Below, in pieces: positions 1-9,589 of a stretch of DNA of 64,000 nt. The stretch's first letter is position 1. Every line of letters begins with the position of its first letter. The notes beneath the pieces are model-generated. The model did no database searches. It was given only the letters and a program-made list of their open reading frames with translations, and had not been told where the DNA came from. Origin of the DNA: an archaeon (GTDB taxonomy: Archaea > Nanobdellota > Nanobdellia > Pacearchaeales > GW2011-AR1); NCBI GenBank assembly GCA_043810775.1, contig JBDRNU010000025.1, positions 59,153 to 123,152 on the forward strand, read 5' to 3'. Made by a program: the position numbers and the translations under genes.

Positions 1-1
1 T

Positions 2-121
2 CCTTTTAAGCAGGTTAAATTTCAAGCAATTAATTTCACTAAAAAAAGGGGAAATGCGAAGAAGTTAAGAATGGAATTGATGAACGCTAAAAACATTGAA
101 GATATTAGTAAAATCATATAA
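2..121 (+). CDS. 3' end of a gene entering from the left edge; possibly tRNA-dihydrouridine synthase C-terminus
   Basis: Frame 2 reads PFKQVKFQAINFTKKRGNAKKLRMELMNAKNIEDISKII* to TAA at 119-121; resembles the Dus C-terminal helical tail, but only 39 aa are visible. Confidence 0.35.
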   Translation, partial: PFKQVKFQAINFTKKRGNAKKLRMELMNAKNIEDISKII

Positions 122-247
122 CTTTGAAATTTGCAAATATTGCTTTAAAAATATTTAAATAGAATTTTAACTTTAGATATTAACATTAATAATTGAATAT
201 GAAAATAAAAGAATTAAAATTTAAAAAATAAAAAAAAAATTGAGAAA

Positions 248-982
248 TTACTCGTAACCTAGTTTAGCAATATCAATAGGCATGCTGACATTTTTTCTCT
301 CAAATCTAGCCCTGTAAGTTCCATCTCCGTTTTCAGTTAAAACTACATCAGCGTAGTCTTCCATTCCGAAAACTCCGCCAATATCTTCGCAACTTGTAAC
401 TGGAGTTTTTCTACCAGTATTTACAGCAACTACTGCCATTGCTTCTAAAGAACCAGATTGTCCGCCTAAAACTGCTAGCTTTAAGTCAGGATTTTGAACT
501 AGCTCGTAAATTACTTCTTTTAGCATTTGACCTCTGCTTTTACAGATTTCATTAAAAGGAGTTGTTTTTCCACCATGATATGAATTCATAGTTGGATTTG
601 CAACTAAATCTCTTACGTAAGTGTCAGTGTCTACTTTTCCGCTTTTTACAGCATCTTCATTGTATACAATTCCATCGTCCCCAAGTCTTTCATCTTCCAT
701 AAATGGTCTTTTTTCAACACCATTTTCAGAAGGGTCAATTCCTAGAGCACCTAAATAAATAGCATTTGCAGTATGGGCAGTTCTATTTAATTTATTAGCT
801 CTAAGTAAGACATTTTTTGGTCCAACTTGGTTTTGTTTGCAGTATCCACCTAGAGTTTTTCTTGAAGTGTCATAGATTCTTTTAGAAGAATCCCACTGCA
901 CTGTATCTTCTATTGTTACTCCATTTGCGTCTTTAGGAACAATTCCGTGCCTTGATATTCTTATTCTTTTTTCTTTAATCAT
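248..982 (-). CDS. Divergent histidine phosphatase (phosphoglycerate mutase-like) superfamily protein
   Basis: N-terminal IRISRHG, LNRTAHTA (cf. L.RA.QTA), EDERLGD (cf. D.RL.E); second His position appears to be Q. ATG at 982 is preceded by AAGGAG (ORF track start 1009). Confidence 0.55.
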   Translation of the reverse strand: MIKEKRIRISRHGIVPKDANGVTIEDTVQWDSSKRIYDTSRKTLGGYCKQNQVGPKNVLLRANKLNRTAHTANAIYLGALGIDPSENGVEKRPFMEDERLGDDGIVYNEDAVKSGKVDTDTYVRDLVANPTMNSYHGGKTTPFNEICKSRGQMLKEVIYELVQNPDLKLAVLGGQSGSLEAMAVVAVNTGRKTPVTSCEDIGGVFGMEDYADVVLTENGDGTYRARFERKNVSMPIDIAKLGYE

Positions 983-1033
983 TTTACTTCTCCTTAATTT
1001 ATTTAACATAATAGAGTATTTAAATCTTTCTAT

Positions 1034-1059
1034 TTGTCACTATTATTTAATGGTGACAA
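1034..1059. promoter_or_regulatory. 11-bp imperfect inverted repeat (operator or terminator hairpin)
   Basis: TTGTCACTATT-attt-AATGGTGACAA (10/11), between the stop at 1060 and the BRE/TATA of the 248-982 gene. Confidence 0.4.
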
Positions 1060-2805
1060 TTACTTGTTTTTTCCTTTAATCTTTCTTACAGTGCCATGAT
1101 TCATTCTTAGCTCGAGTTCATCTCCGTTTTTCAGTACTTTTGTGGCTATTTTTGTGCCTATTATGCAAGGTTTATTCATTTCTCGAGAGACTATAGCTGC
1201 ATGGCTTGTAATCCCCCCTATATCAGTTATTACTGCTCTTGCTTTTCTCATTAGTTGGACAAAATCTGGACGAGTCATTGGAGTAATTAGAATTTCATCT
1301 TCTGAAATTGTTTCTTTATAGGGATTTAAAATTACTTTAGCTTTTCCTAAAATAATTGGATTTTCACCTCTACAAGCTATGATTCCTTGGAAATTTTCTG
1401 TTTCAGAATGTGAATTTTCTTTTAAGAGTATATTTTTAATTGGAATTACATCATTTCCTGTAAAAAAGCTAATCTTATTTTTATTTTGAGATACTATAAA
1501 AATACCTTCTCTTCTTTCATTCAGTATATTTATATCAAGGTTTTTTTCAAGTAAATCTGGGAGTTCACTTATTTTTGCGTAAGATGTTAGTTTTGGTTCT
1601 AGTCCTGTTCTTTTTCCAAATTCTTCAAAAAATCTGAACATATGATGCAGCATCATTAGAACTATCTTTTTTCTTTCGTCTTTTATCCATGTTACATTTT
1701 GAATGTGCTGTAGTTCTTGGTCTATTTCTGAAGGTATTTTAAATTGTTTTATTATATTATTTCTTTTTTCTTTAATTGCTTCTGTATCTTCAAGTTCATT
1801 AAGTTCTTTTTTTAAATCAGTTAGGGTAAATTCTTTTAGTGCTCCTTTTATAAATTCAGTGAATTCTATTATTGAGAGTATTGTCCATTGCCCATATGAA
1901 TTCTGCACCCAATAATAATTTTGCTGATGCTCTTGTATTGCTCTGAATATTTCTGGATAATTCATTTTTAGTTCTGCTAGATAATCTGCATAAGGTAGAT
2001 TTTTTATAAGATTTCTTTGACGAGGGCTTTGAAAGTATTTTAAAATTAATCTTAGGAAGTCTCTTCTTTCTCTTGCTACAAATGATAATTCAAATGGAAG
2101 TGTTAGAGTTGCAAATGATTCTTTTGCTTTTTTTTCATCACCAATTAGCTTTGTAATTTTTGGCATGTAATAATCATCTAAATAATGATTATATGGTTCA
2201 ACTACTAGGCCTACTTCCCAGAATTTTCCTAGAACTTTGTTAAATTTATTAAATTCTTCAACTAGTGCTTCATTTGATAAAGAATCAATTTTAATGAATT
2301 CTAGTCTTTTTAGGAATTTTTCTGTTTTTTCATAAATCTCTTCATATTCTTTTAAGAAGATTTCAATTTTTTCTGGATCTTCTTTTACTGCTTTTATTTG
2401 CGCTTTACAGCTTTCTAGTGATTCTTGGATACTTAGAATTTGTTTCATGTAGTCTTTTTCTGTGTAAAATATTGAGTGTGATAAGCAGGGTTTGAAGTAT
2501 TTTTCAGTGTCTGACATTTTTAAGATTCCTATTTCAAGAGTTAAAGGAAGGCCTGGAGCTTCGTCTGTCCAGAATTTTTCTGTTTTTATATAATTCATAA
2601 ACTGGTCTTTATTAATTTCTTCTATTTCTTGTTTTTTATTTAGGAATTTATCAAGGTCTTGTTTTTTATAACGTCTATCTCCACGATTACCTATTCTAAT
2701 TGCTTTTAAAATTCCAGAATTATCCCAGTTTCTTAGGGTTATTTTACTAACTCCAAGTAGTTTAGCTGCTGAACTTATATCAATTAAATCTGTATTTTTA
2801 ACCAT
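1060..2805 (-). CDS. HTH_17/MerR-like DNA-binding domain + variable helical domain + PEP-utilizer phospho-His swivel domain
   Basis: N-term AAKLLGVSKITLRNWDNSGILKAIRIGNRGDRRY; C-term MTRPDF..TDIGGITSHAAIVSREMNKPCIIGT. Confidence 0.85.
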   Translation of the reverse strand: MVKNTDLIDISSAAKLLGVSKITLRNWDNSGILKAIRIGNRGDRRYKKQDLDKFLNKKQEIEEINKDQFMNYIKTEKFWTDEAPGLPLTLEIGILKMSDTEKYFKPCLSHSIFYTEKDYMKQILSIQESLESCKAQIKAVKEDPEKIEIFLKEYEEIYEKTEKFLKRLEFIKIDSLSNEALVEEFNKFNKVLGKFWEVGLVVEPYNHYLDDYYMPKITKLIGDEKKAKESFATLTLPFELSFVARERRDFLRLILKYFQSPRQRNLIKNLPYADYLAELKMNYPEIFRAIQEHQQNYYWVQNSYGQWTILSIIEFTEFIKGALKEFTLTDLKKELNELEDTEAIKEKRNNIIKQFKIPSEIDQELQHIQNVTWIKDERKKIVLMMLHHMFRFFEEFGKRTGLEPKLTSYAKISELPDLLEKNLDINILNERREGIFIVSQNKNKISFFTGNDVIPIKNILLKENSHSETENFQGIIACRGENPIILGKAKVILNPYKETISEDEILITPMTRPDFVQLMRKARAVITDIGGITSHAAIVSREMNKPCIIGTKIATKVLKNGDELELRMNHGTVRKIKGKNK

Positions 2806-2854
2806 TTTTAGCTAATTTTGTATATTTAAGTTGATATATATTTATAATTAATTA

Positions 2855-2869
2855 TTTATAAATGTTTCG
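2855..2869 (-). promoter_or_regulatory. Archaeal BRE-TATA promoter
   Basis: Minus strand CGAAACATTTATAAA; near-identical boxes at 7828-7843, 26352-26365 and about 41085-41098. Confidence 0.6.
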
Positions 2870-2883
2870 ATTTATACGAACTT

Positions 2884-4212
2884 TTAAAGAATCTTTATTA
2901 CACCAGTATTAGCATCTACTTCAACTTCTTGGCCGTCCTTTAAGACTTGTGTAGCTATTTTAGTTCCTATAATACAAGGCTTTCTTAGTTCACGAGCTAC
3001 TATAGCAGCGTGGCAAGTAATTCCACCTTCATCTGTTATTATAGCAGAAGCTTTTTTACAAGCTGTTATGATATTTGGACGTGTCATTTCACTAACTAAG
3101 ACGTCTCCTTCTTGCATATTTTTTATTTTTTCCAAGTGATTGTCAGCGTTTCTATAGGAAAGCACTATAACCTTACCTTTTACTTTTCCTTTGTTTGCTA
3201 TAGCTCCTTTTAATTCTTTTAAATCTAATTTTACAGATAAACTTTCTTTAATCTCTTTAGCTTTATTTCCTTCAAGTATATTTATTTCATTATTTTTTAA
3301 AATAAATATTGAGCTTTCTTTTCTTTCCTGTAATATGCTTTTTTCAATTTTCTTTCCTGTTTCAAGCATTTTAGCTATTTCTTGATAATTGCAAAGTCTA
3401 AGCTCTTCTTTTGATATCTTAAGCCTGGTTTTTATTTCTTCTAGGATCAATTCATTATAATATAGGGCTTGCATCCAGATAAGCCTCATTCTAAATCTTT
3501 GCTCAGTTATATTTCTTAAGATATCTGAAATTAATACAGCTTCTCCTGGAATTTCAGAATTTTGAATTAAGCTCATTCTTTCTTTTTGATCTGCATCCTC
3601 TTCTTTGAATAAGACTTTTTTATTAAGATTTTTGTCTATTTTAGCTTCTTCTGACTTAATTGATTCTGCAAATGATTTTAAGAAAGGATTATTTTTTTCA
3701 TTAATGATGAATCTCTTTTTAGGAGTAGTCAAAGCAATTATTATTCCATCTATATCTTTTATTCCTTGACTGGTTAATAAATCTCTTAATTTTTTTTCTA
3801 TTTTACTTATATTATGTGGTTGAGTTGCAATGTAGCTTATAAAACACTCTTTTATTCCCCTTCCAAAAGTATCTAGTAAGTTACTTAACTCTTCATTGCT
3901 TATTTCTTTGAAATCTTGTTCAGCTAGTTTTTGCATTTGGGTCACTATCGAACTGTAAGCAGTTTTTACTTCTTTTTCAAATTTCTTGAATTTAGTAGTA
4001 CTTCTGAAAAATTCATATCCTTCATTTTCAGCTTTTTTAAGTTCTTCTTCTTGAACATAAAATTCAGCATTAAATCCATTACCCCATACTAGTGCTTGGC
4101 TTATTCCAAATCCAAATCTTTCTTTTAGTCTTGGACCGTAATTTAGCAAGATACCATTTAAGTCATAGTAATTCTGATTTTCATCTGCCCACATTAAAAT
4201 ATATTTATTCAT
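2884..4212 (-). CDS. Variable helical domain + PEP-utilizer phospho-His swivel domain
   Basis: C-term TDEGGITCHAAIVARELRKPCIIGT..VEVDANTG; no ATP-grasp; start overlaps upstream gene by 8 nt. Confidence 0.85.
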   Translation of the reverse strand: MNKYILMWADENQNYYDLNGILLNYGPRLKERFGFGISQALVWGNGFNAEFYVQEEELKKAENEGYEFFRSTTKFKKFEKEVKTAYSSIVTQMQKLAEQDFKEISNEELSNLLDTFGRGIKECFISYIATQPHNISKIEKKLRDLLTSQGIKDIDGIIIALTTPKKRFIINEKNNPFLKSFAESIKSEEAKIDKNLNKKVLFKEEDADQKERMSLIQNSEIPGEAVLISDILRNITEQRFRMRLIWMQALYYNELILEEIKTRLKISKEELRLCNYQEIAKMLETGKKIEKSILQERKESSIFILKNNEINILEGNKAKEIKESLSVKLDLKELKGAIANKGKVKGKVIVLSYRNADNHLEKIKNMQEGDVLVSEMTRPNIITACKKASAIITDEGGITCHAAIVARELRKPCIIGTKIATQVLKDGQEVEVDANTGVIKIL

Positions 4213-4960
4213 TTTGTCCTCTTTCTGTATATTCTCTGCATCTAGCTCTTACTTTATTATCGCTTTCTTGCACATATGCACTCCATTTTTCATAATTTAG
4301 ATACTTCAGTCTTCTTATACCTGAATAAGCATCTGCCCAGATTCTTTCACCCAATTTTCTTCCTTGAACTATAAGTTCGTGAGCTTCTTGATCTCTAGCT
4401 GCTTTATCTCCAGCACGGTATTCCCATCCATTCATTGAATAGTATCTTGCATCTGCAGGTTTAAGGTCTTCTGGAGTTTTTCCTTGTTTTTTAGGAATAA
4501 CTACTCTATTTACAAAGTCATTAGGGACTTCTGTGTCATCCATATCTTTTCCATAAACTTTATGTGTGAATTTTGTTCCTTCAAGAACTGTTTTGTATTT
4601 TCTTCCTTTTCTTTGACCTGCTTGTTTTTGATATTCTCCAAGAATATGTGTGTCTACTGCATAAACTTTATCAGCTTGTCTTAATTTTTCTCTTGTTGAA
4701 GCTTTTCTACCAGTATTCCTAAGGGCCTCTATGTCTAAGTTATATCTACCTATACTTTCTTCTAAAGCTTGAATATGCTTATCTTCAATAGGATGGTTTT
4801 CTTTATTTCCTATATAGTCTGGATGACCCATGCCTTCGGCTGTAATCTCTAATTCACCTAAATGTGCTAGTTCATCTATTCTAGTCTGAGCTATAGCAGC
4901 AAGAGTTGTCCCTCTCCTACCCCCATAACATCCGACCAGAGCTTTGTATTTGTTTTTCAT
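4205..4960 (-). CDS. Divergent low-molecular-weight phosphatase (LMW-PTP/ArsC/PTS EIIB) fold protein
   Basis: KALVGCYGGRRGTTLAAI (P-loop-like, CX4R), ITAEG, LDI, KLRQADKVYAVD, GKDMDD align by eye with LMW-PTP motifs; GAGGT SD upstream. Confidence 0.5.
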   Translation of the reverse strand: MKNKYKALVGCYGGRRGTTLAAIAQTRIDELAHLGELEITAEGMGHPDYIGNKENHPIEDKHIQALEESIGRYNLDIEALRNTGRKASTREKLRQADKVYAVDTHILGEYQKQAGQRKGRKYKTVLEGTKFTHKVYGKDMDDTEVPNDFVNRVVIPKKQGKTPEDLKPADARYYSMNGWEYRAGDKAARDQEAHELIVQGRKLGERIWADAYSGIRRLKYLNYEKWSAYVQESDNKVRARCREYTERGQNE

Positions 4961-5071
4961 TTTATTTTTATACCTCTTAATAATAGTAACATCTTTATAT
5001 ATTTAAAAGCTTTTCCTTGTTTTTTGTGAATTATAGGGAAAGTTTATATAGTATTCCATATTTTAACAATT

Positions 5072-6052
5072 ATGATAGATATTGATGTAAAAGATAGGAA
5101 AATATTGTATTATCTTTCCCAAGATGGAAGAGCTAGTAATACTCATCTTTCAAAGAAAGTTGGGTTGAGTAAAAATGCTGTTGCATATAGAATTGAGAGA
5201 CTGAAAAAATTAAAAGTTATAAAACACTTTGCTTCAATTGTAAATCTTGGAAGCTTAAATTTCACTACTTTTACTGTTTTGTTAAAGTTTAATGAGGATA
5301 TATATGAAAATAGTTCTATTATTGAGTATTTTAAAAGCCATGATTATGTTGATTGGATGGTCAGCTTGTCTGGGCAGTGGGACCTTTTTATTGAGTTTGT
5401 TTCCAGGGATTTTAACCATTTGACTGAGATAATAGAGGAAATTATAAGTTATTTTAAAGATACGCTTGAAACTTATGAGTTATCTTATTCTAGGGTGACT
5501 TTAAGAGTTGAGCATCTTGTAAAGGATTTTTACCAGGACTTAAAACTCAGTCCTATTAAGACTAGTGAGAGAACTAAGCAGATCTTTAAGCTAGATAAGA
5601 TTGATAAGCAGATACTAGAAGTTCTAAATAAAGATTCTTCTCTTCCTTATCTTAGTATTGCTGAGAAATTAAAGACCAGTATTGATGTTGTGAGATATAG
5701 GATTAGTAATTTAGTTAGTAAAGGAGTGATAGTTAAATTTTTCCCAGAAATATCCCTTCCCAAGTTAGGTTATACTGAGTATTTGTATAGTTTAAGATTA
5801 AAGAACTTATCTTCTGAAAAATTTAGGGATATTCAGAATGATATAAAAAATAATAACAATATAACTTATGCGTTTGTAGATAGTGTTAGTTTAAGGATTA
5901 TTTTTGTCTGTGCATTTAAATCTCCAGAAGCTATAGATCATTTATCCAGAGGCTTAAGAAAAAAGTATATGGGCAGTATAGATAAACAGGAGTATCTTAT
6001 AATTAAGGAACAGATGCTGTTTAATTTATTTCCCAGGGGATTAACTAAATAA
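5072..6052 (+). CDS. Tandem (double) Lrp/AsnC family transcriptional regulator
   Basis: Two repeats of D.KD.KIL..L..D.R.S...LS.K.G.S...V.YRI..L...GVI, each followed by a RAM-like domain. Confidence 0.9.
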   Translation: MIDIDVKDRKILYYLSQDGRASNTHLSKKVGLSKNAVAYRIERLKKLKVIKHFASIVNLGSLNFTTFTVLLKFNEDIYENSSIIEYFKSHDYVDWMVSLSGQWDLFIEFVSRDFNHLTEIIEEIISYFKDTLETYELSYSRVTLRVEHLVKDFYQDLKLSPIKTSERTKQIFKLDKIDKQILEVLNKDSSLPYLSIAEKLKTSIDVVRYRISNLVSKGVIVKFFPEISLPKLGYTEYLYSLRLKNLSSEKFRDIQNDIKNNNNITYAFVDSVSLRIIFVCAFKSPEAIDHLSRGLRKKYMGSIDKQEYLIIKEQMLFNLFPRGLTK

Positions 6053-7780
6053 TTATTTTATGACTTTTATTAGCCCGTGATGCATTCTTATTTCAATTTC
6101 TTGACCTGATTGAAGAACTTTTGTAGCATTTTTAGTGCCTATAATGCATGGTTTGTTCATTTCTCTTGAAACTATAGCTGCATGACAAGTTATTCCACCT
6201 TCATCTGTAATTACTGCTCTTGCTTTTCTCATTAGTGGGACGAAATCAGGACGAGTCATACTAGTAACTAGTATTTCATCTTCTGAAATTGTTTCTTTGT
6301 TAGGGTTGAGAATTACTTTTACTTTCCCCCGTATAATTGGTTCGCTGCCCCTACATGCGACGTTTCCCTCTATTTCATATACAGTCTTAGTCTCAATATT
6401 TTTTGAGACTAGTTTTTTAAATTCTAGAAATTCATTTCCTACTAGTATGCTGAATTTGTTTGGTTTTTGAGATATAAACGAGCAGCCATTACGCCTTTGC
6501 TGTAAAGTGGAAATTGGCATTGAATTTTGGAGTATAAGGGGGATTTCTTCTGTTTTTGCATATCCTATTAGTTTTTCATTAATTCCTGTTCTTCTTGCAA
6601 ATTCTTCTATAAATCCGTGTATATTATGTAGATATATTAAAATAACTCTTTTTCTATCATCTTTAATCCATGTAATATTTTTTATATATTCTAACTCCTT
6701 TACTACTTTTTCAGGGATTTTTAATTCTTTAATTAGCTCTTCTTGTTCTTTTTTAAGAGCATCAAAATTTGTTATTTTGTCTAGTTCTTGTCTAGCTTGT
6801 TCAATTGTAGATTCTTTTATAGAGTCCCTTAAAATATTCAGAAAATCAGTTACTTGCAAAATTGTTCTATCTAGATAATTGTTTTGAACCCAAAAAAATT
6901 CTCTTTGGTGTTTTAAAAGAGCTTCAAAGAATTTGGGTTCGTTAATTTTTATATATGTTAAGAAATCTTCGTTTGAATCATTCATAATTTTTTTTCTTTT
7001 TTTATTATTGTTTAGATATTTTATAATCATATTTAGAAGGCTTTTTCTTTCTTCAGCTGTGAATGAGGACTTTGTTGGAAGAGTCAGCAATGAAAAAGCA
7101 TGTCTTGCTTTTTTCTTGTCACTTGCTTTTTTCTCAAAATCTAGGTAATAAAGGTCTGTAAATGGGTCGTGTGATTCAACAAGTAAATTAATATTCCAAA
7201 ATTCAATTAAAGGCTTGTTAAATAAATTAAATTCTTTTAATAGTTCTTCTGTTGAAAGTTCTTTGAGTCTAATAAATTCTAAACGAGTCATTGCTGTTTC
7301 AAATTTTTTAGATCGCTTAGCCCATTCTTTAAAGAAATTTTCTATTTTTTTTGGATTTTTATTTACTGCTTCAAACTGGGCCCTACAATTTTCAATAGAT
7401 TCTGATAAACTTAAAGATTGGATTATAAAATCATTTTCTGATAAATGTGGGTAGAAGGTTACTCCTGGTTTAAACCAATTTTCCATTTTAGCGCCCTCTT
7501 TAATTCCTAGTTCTGCTGTAATAGGGAGTCCTGGAAGTTCTTGAAACCAGAAATCATTGTGTTTTACCCAGTTCCAGAAGAATTCTTTGTCAATTTCTGG
7601 ACATTTTTCCTTATTTAAAAGCTTGTTTATATCCTCTTTTTTATAACGTCTATCTCCACGATTACCTATTCTTACTGCTTTTAAAGTCCCAGAATTATCC
7701 CAGTTTCTAAGGGTTTTCTTACTAATCCCTAGCTGTTCTGCAGCTGTATTTATTCCAACTAATTCTTCATTTTTAGCCAT
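6053..7780 (-). CDS. HTH_17/MerR-like + variable helical domain + phospho-His swivel domain (paralog of 1060-2805)
   Basis: AAEQLGISKKTLRNWDNSGTLKAVRIGNRGDRRY; TDEGGITCHAAIVSRE; ends near-identical to the 581-aa protein. Confidence 0.85.
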   Translation of the reverse strand: MAKNEELVGINTAAEQLGISKKTLRNWDNSGTLKAVRIGNRGDRRYKKEDINKLLNKEKCPEIDKEFFWNWVKHNDFWFQELPGLPITAELGIKEGAKMENWFKPGVTFYPHLSENDFIIQSLSLSESIENCRAQFEAVNKNPKKIENFFKEWAKRSKKFETAMTRLEFIRLKELSTEELLKEFNLFNKPLIEFWNINLLVESHDPFTDLYYLDFEKKASDKKKARHAFSLLTLPTKSSFTAEERKSLLNMIIKYLNNNKKRKKIMNDSNEDFLTYIKINEPKFFEALLKHQREFFWVQNNYLDRTILQVTDFLNILRDSIKESTIEQARQELDKITNFDALKKEQEELIKELKIPEKVVKELEYIKNITWIKDDRKRVILIYLHNIHGFIEEFARRTGINEKLIGYAKTEEIPLILQNSMPISTLQQRRNGCSFISQKPNKFSILVGNEFLEFKKLVSKNIETKTVYEIEGNVACRGSEPIIRGKVKVILNPNKETISEDEILVTSMTRPDFVPLMRKARAVITDEGGITCHAAIVSREMNKPCIIGTKNATKVLQSGQEIEIRMHHGLIKVIK

Positions 7781-7827
7781 TTTTTAATAATTTTAGCTTT
7801 TTTAGTTGGAATTAGTTGACCTTTGCA

Positions 7828-7857
7828 TTTATAAATGTTTCGGTTAAAGGGTATTTA
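7828..7857 (-). promoter_or_regulatory. BRE-TATA promoter plus a 16-bp box shared with 9577-9592
   Basis: TTTATAAATGTTTC-GGTTAAAGGGTATTTA versus TATATAAATCTTTT-GGTTAAAGGGTATTTA. Confidence 0.55.
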
Positions 7858-7872
7858 AAAAGAAGTTAGGGA

Positions 7873-9534
7873 CTACTTTTCTAGAATCCTAATTACTCCG
7901 TGATTTGCATCTACTTCAACTAAGTCACCTGTTTTTATTGTCCTAGTAGCAGATTTTGTACCTACTATGCATGGAACTCCAAGCTCGCGAGAAACAATAG
8001 CAGCATGGCAAGTAATTCCTCCTTCATCTGTGACTAGGGCAGAGGCTTTTTTCATAGCTGGTAGAAAGTCAGGAGTAGTCATACCTGTAATTAGTATCTG
8101 GCCTGGTTTTATTTTATGAGTATTAGCTAGAGTAATAGCTACAAAAGCTTCTCCAACTACTTTTCCAGGTGAAGCACTAATACCTTGCAGATCTTTTACA
8201 TCTCCAATATGATCTCCCAAGATTTTTTCATGCTCTTTTGAGGCATGAATTCCACTCCAGGTGGAGATTTTTCCATTGTTGTTAAAATAAAGAAAGTGTT
8301 CTTTTCTCTGGTTTATTTCGTTTTCATTTAACTCACCTTTTTGCAGTATTGAAATTATTTCTTCAGGGAGACACCAATCTAGTAGTGATGCATGAACTTT
8401 TGAGCGTTTTGAGATTTCATCAAGAATCTGAAATTCATAATAATTGTACTTCATCTGAACTTCTTTTCTAAAATCATGATAAATAAACAGCCTATCTAGG
8501 ATTCTTAGGTATTCTGCAAGCTCTTTATCTTTTGATAAGTTATACTCCTTTTCAACAGCATTTTTTTCCTTTTTTGCTTTTTCTTTGTATTTTTGAATTT
8601 CATCAAGCTCATTTTGCACTTCTTTTTCTGATTTTTTATTACTTTTAATTTCTGAGTCAAAGTATGAAAAATCTTTTCCTTTTTCTCTAGGCCAACCTAA
8701 ATTTGTCCACCAGAATAGTTCAACTAGTTTTTGTATTCTTGCTTTAAATTCTTGTGAACTATTAATAATTCTCCCAGATTTTAAATCTTTAATAGTTTCT
8801 AAAACCATTTTTCTTTCATCATTTAGATAAGAAAGCTGGCTTGGCATTGTAGATATATTATAAATTCTGATAAATTCTCTTTCAGTGTATTTCTCTTTTA
8901 GTTTGTTTTTTAAGATGTTCTTAATTTTTTCATTTATATCAATTGCCAGACTTTCATCAGTTCCATCAATTGCCATAACTATGCTATAAAATTCATAAAT
9001 AATTTGAGCGAATTTTTTATAATGTAAAGCTAGTTCTGAGGTTTTCATTTTTTCAACTTTTTCTTTAGGAGTGTTTTTAATAAATGCTAGAAGCTCTGCT
9101 GATTTTTCATCCCATGATTTGAAGAAATTGTTTTCAAAATCTTTTGAGCTTAGGAATTTTTCAATTACTTTTTTACCTATTTCATACAAATTATTTTTAT
9201 CATAGTACCAGAACAAGGTGCTATTTTCAAAGTAATTCATTAAATATTTAGCATTAATATCAAAATATTTTTTAATCCCACTTCTTAACGCTTCTAGTGG
9301 GTGTATTGATTGATGATAGCTTGTACCGCTTCGAATATATTCTAGCCATTCTATCTTCTTTTGTTTTGATTTTTCTAAGAATTCTAGGAGGTCTTGTTCT
9401 CTGTACTTTCTATCTCCTCTTGCACCTACTCTTACTGCTTTAAGCTTTCCCTCTCGATCCCATTTTCTTAAAGTTATGGGTTTGATGCCTAGCTTTTTAG
9501 CTGCTTCTTGTAAATTTAGTAGATTTTCAGCCAT
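7873..9534 (-). CDS. HTH_17/MerR-like + variable helical domain + phospho-His swivel domain
   Basis: LLNLQEAAKKLGIKPITLRKWDREGKLKAVRVGARGDRKY; TDEGGITCHAAIVSRELGVPCIVGT. Confidence 0.85.
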   Translation of the reverse strand: MAENLLNLQEAAKKLGIKPITLRKWDREGKLKAVRVGARGDRKYREQDLLEFLEKSKQKKIEWLEYIRSGTSYHQSIHPLEALRSGIKKYFDINAKYLMNYFENSTLFWYYDKNNLYEIGKKVIEKFLSSKDFENNFFKSWDEKSAELLAFIKNTPKEKVEKMKTSELALHYKKFAQIIYEFYSIVMAIDGTDESLAIDINEKIKNILKNKLKEKYTEREFIRIYNISTMPSQLSYLNDERKMVLETIKDLKSGRIINSSQEFKARIQKLVELFWWTNLGWPREKGKDFSYFDSEIKSNKKSEKEVQNELDEIQKYKEKAKKEKNAVEKEYNLSKDKELAEYLRILDRLFIYHDFRKEVQMKYNYYEFQILDEISKRSKVHASLLDWCLPEEIISILQKGELNENEINQRKEHFLYFNNNGKISTWSGIHASKEHEKILGDHIGDVKDLQGISASPGKVVGEAFVAITLANTHKIKPGQILITGMTTPDFLPAMKKASALVTDEGGITCHAAIVSRELGVPCIVGTKSATRTIKTGDLVEVDANHGVIRILEK

Positions 9535-9589
9535 TTTAACTTGTTATAAGTTATTATAAGTATATATAAATCTTTTGGTTAAAGGGTAT

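Noticed and set aside
2632-9534. IS607 transposon or prophage excisionase suggested by the HTH domains
   Set aside because: No serine recombinase, TnpB or integrase; the HTHs are in-frame N-termini of swivel proteins
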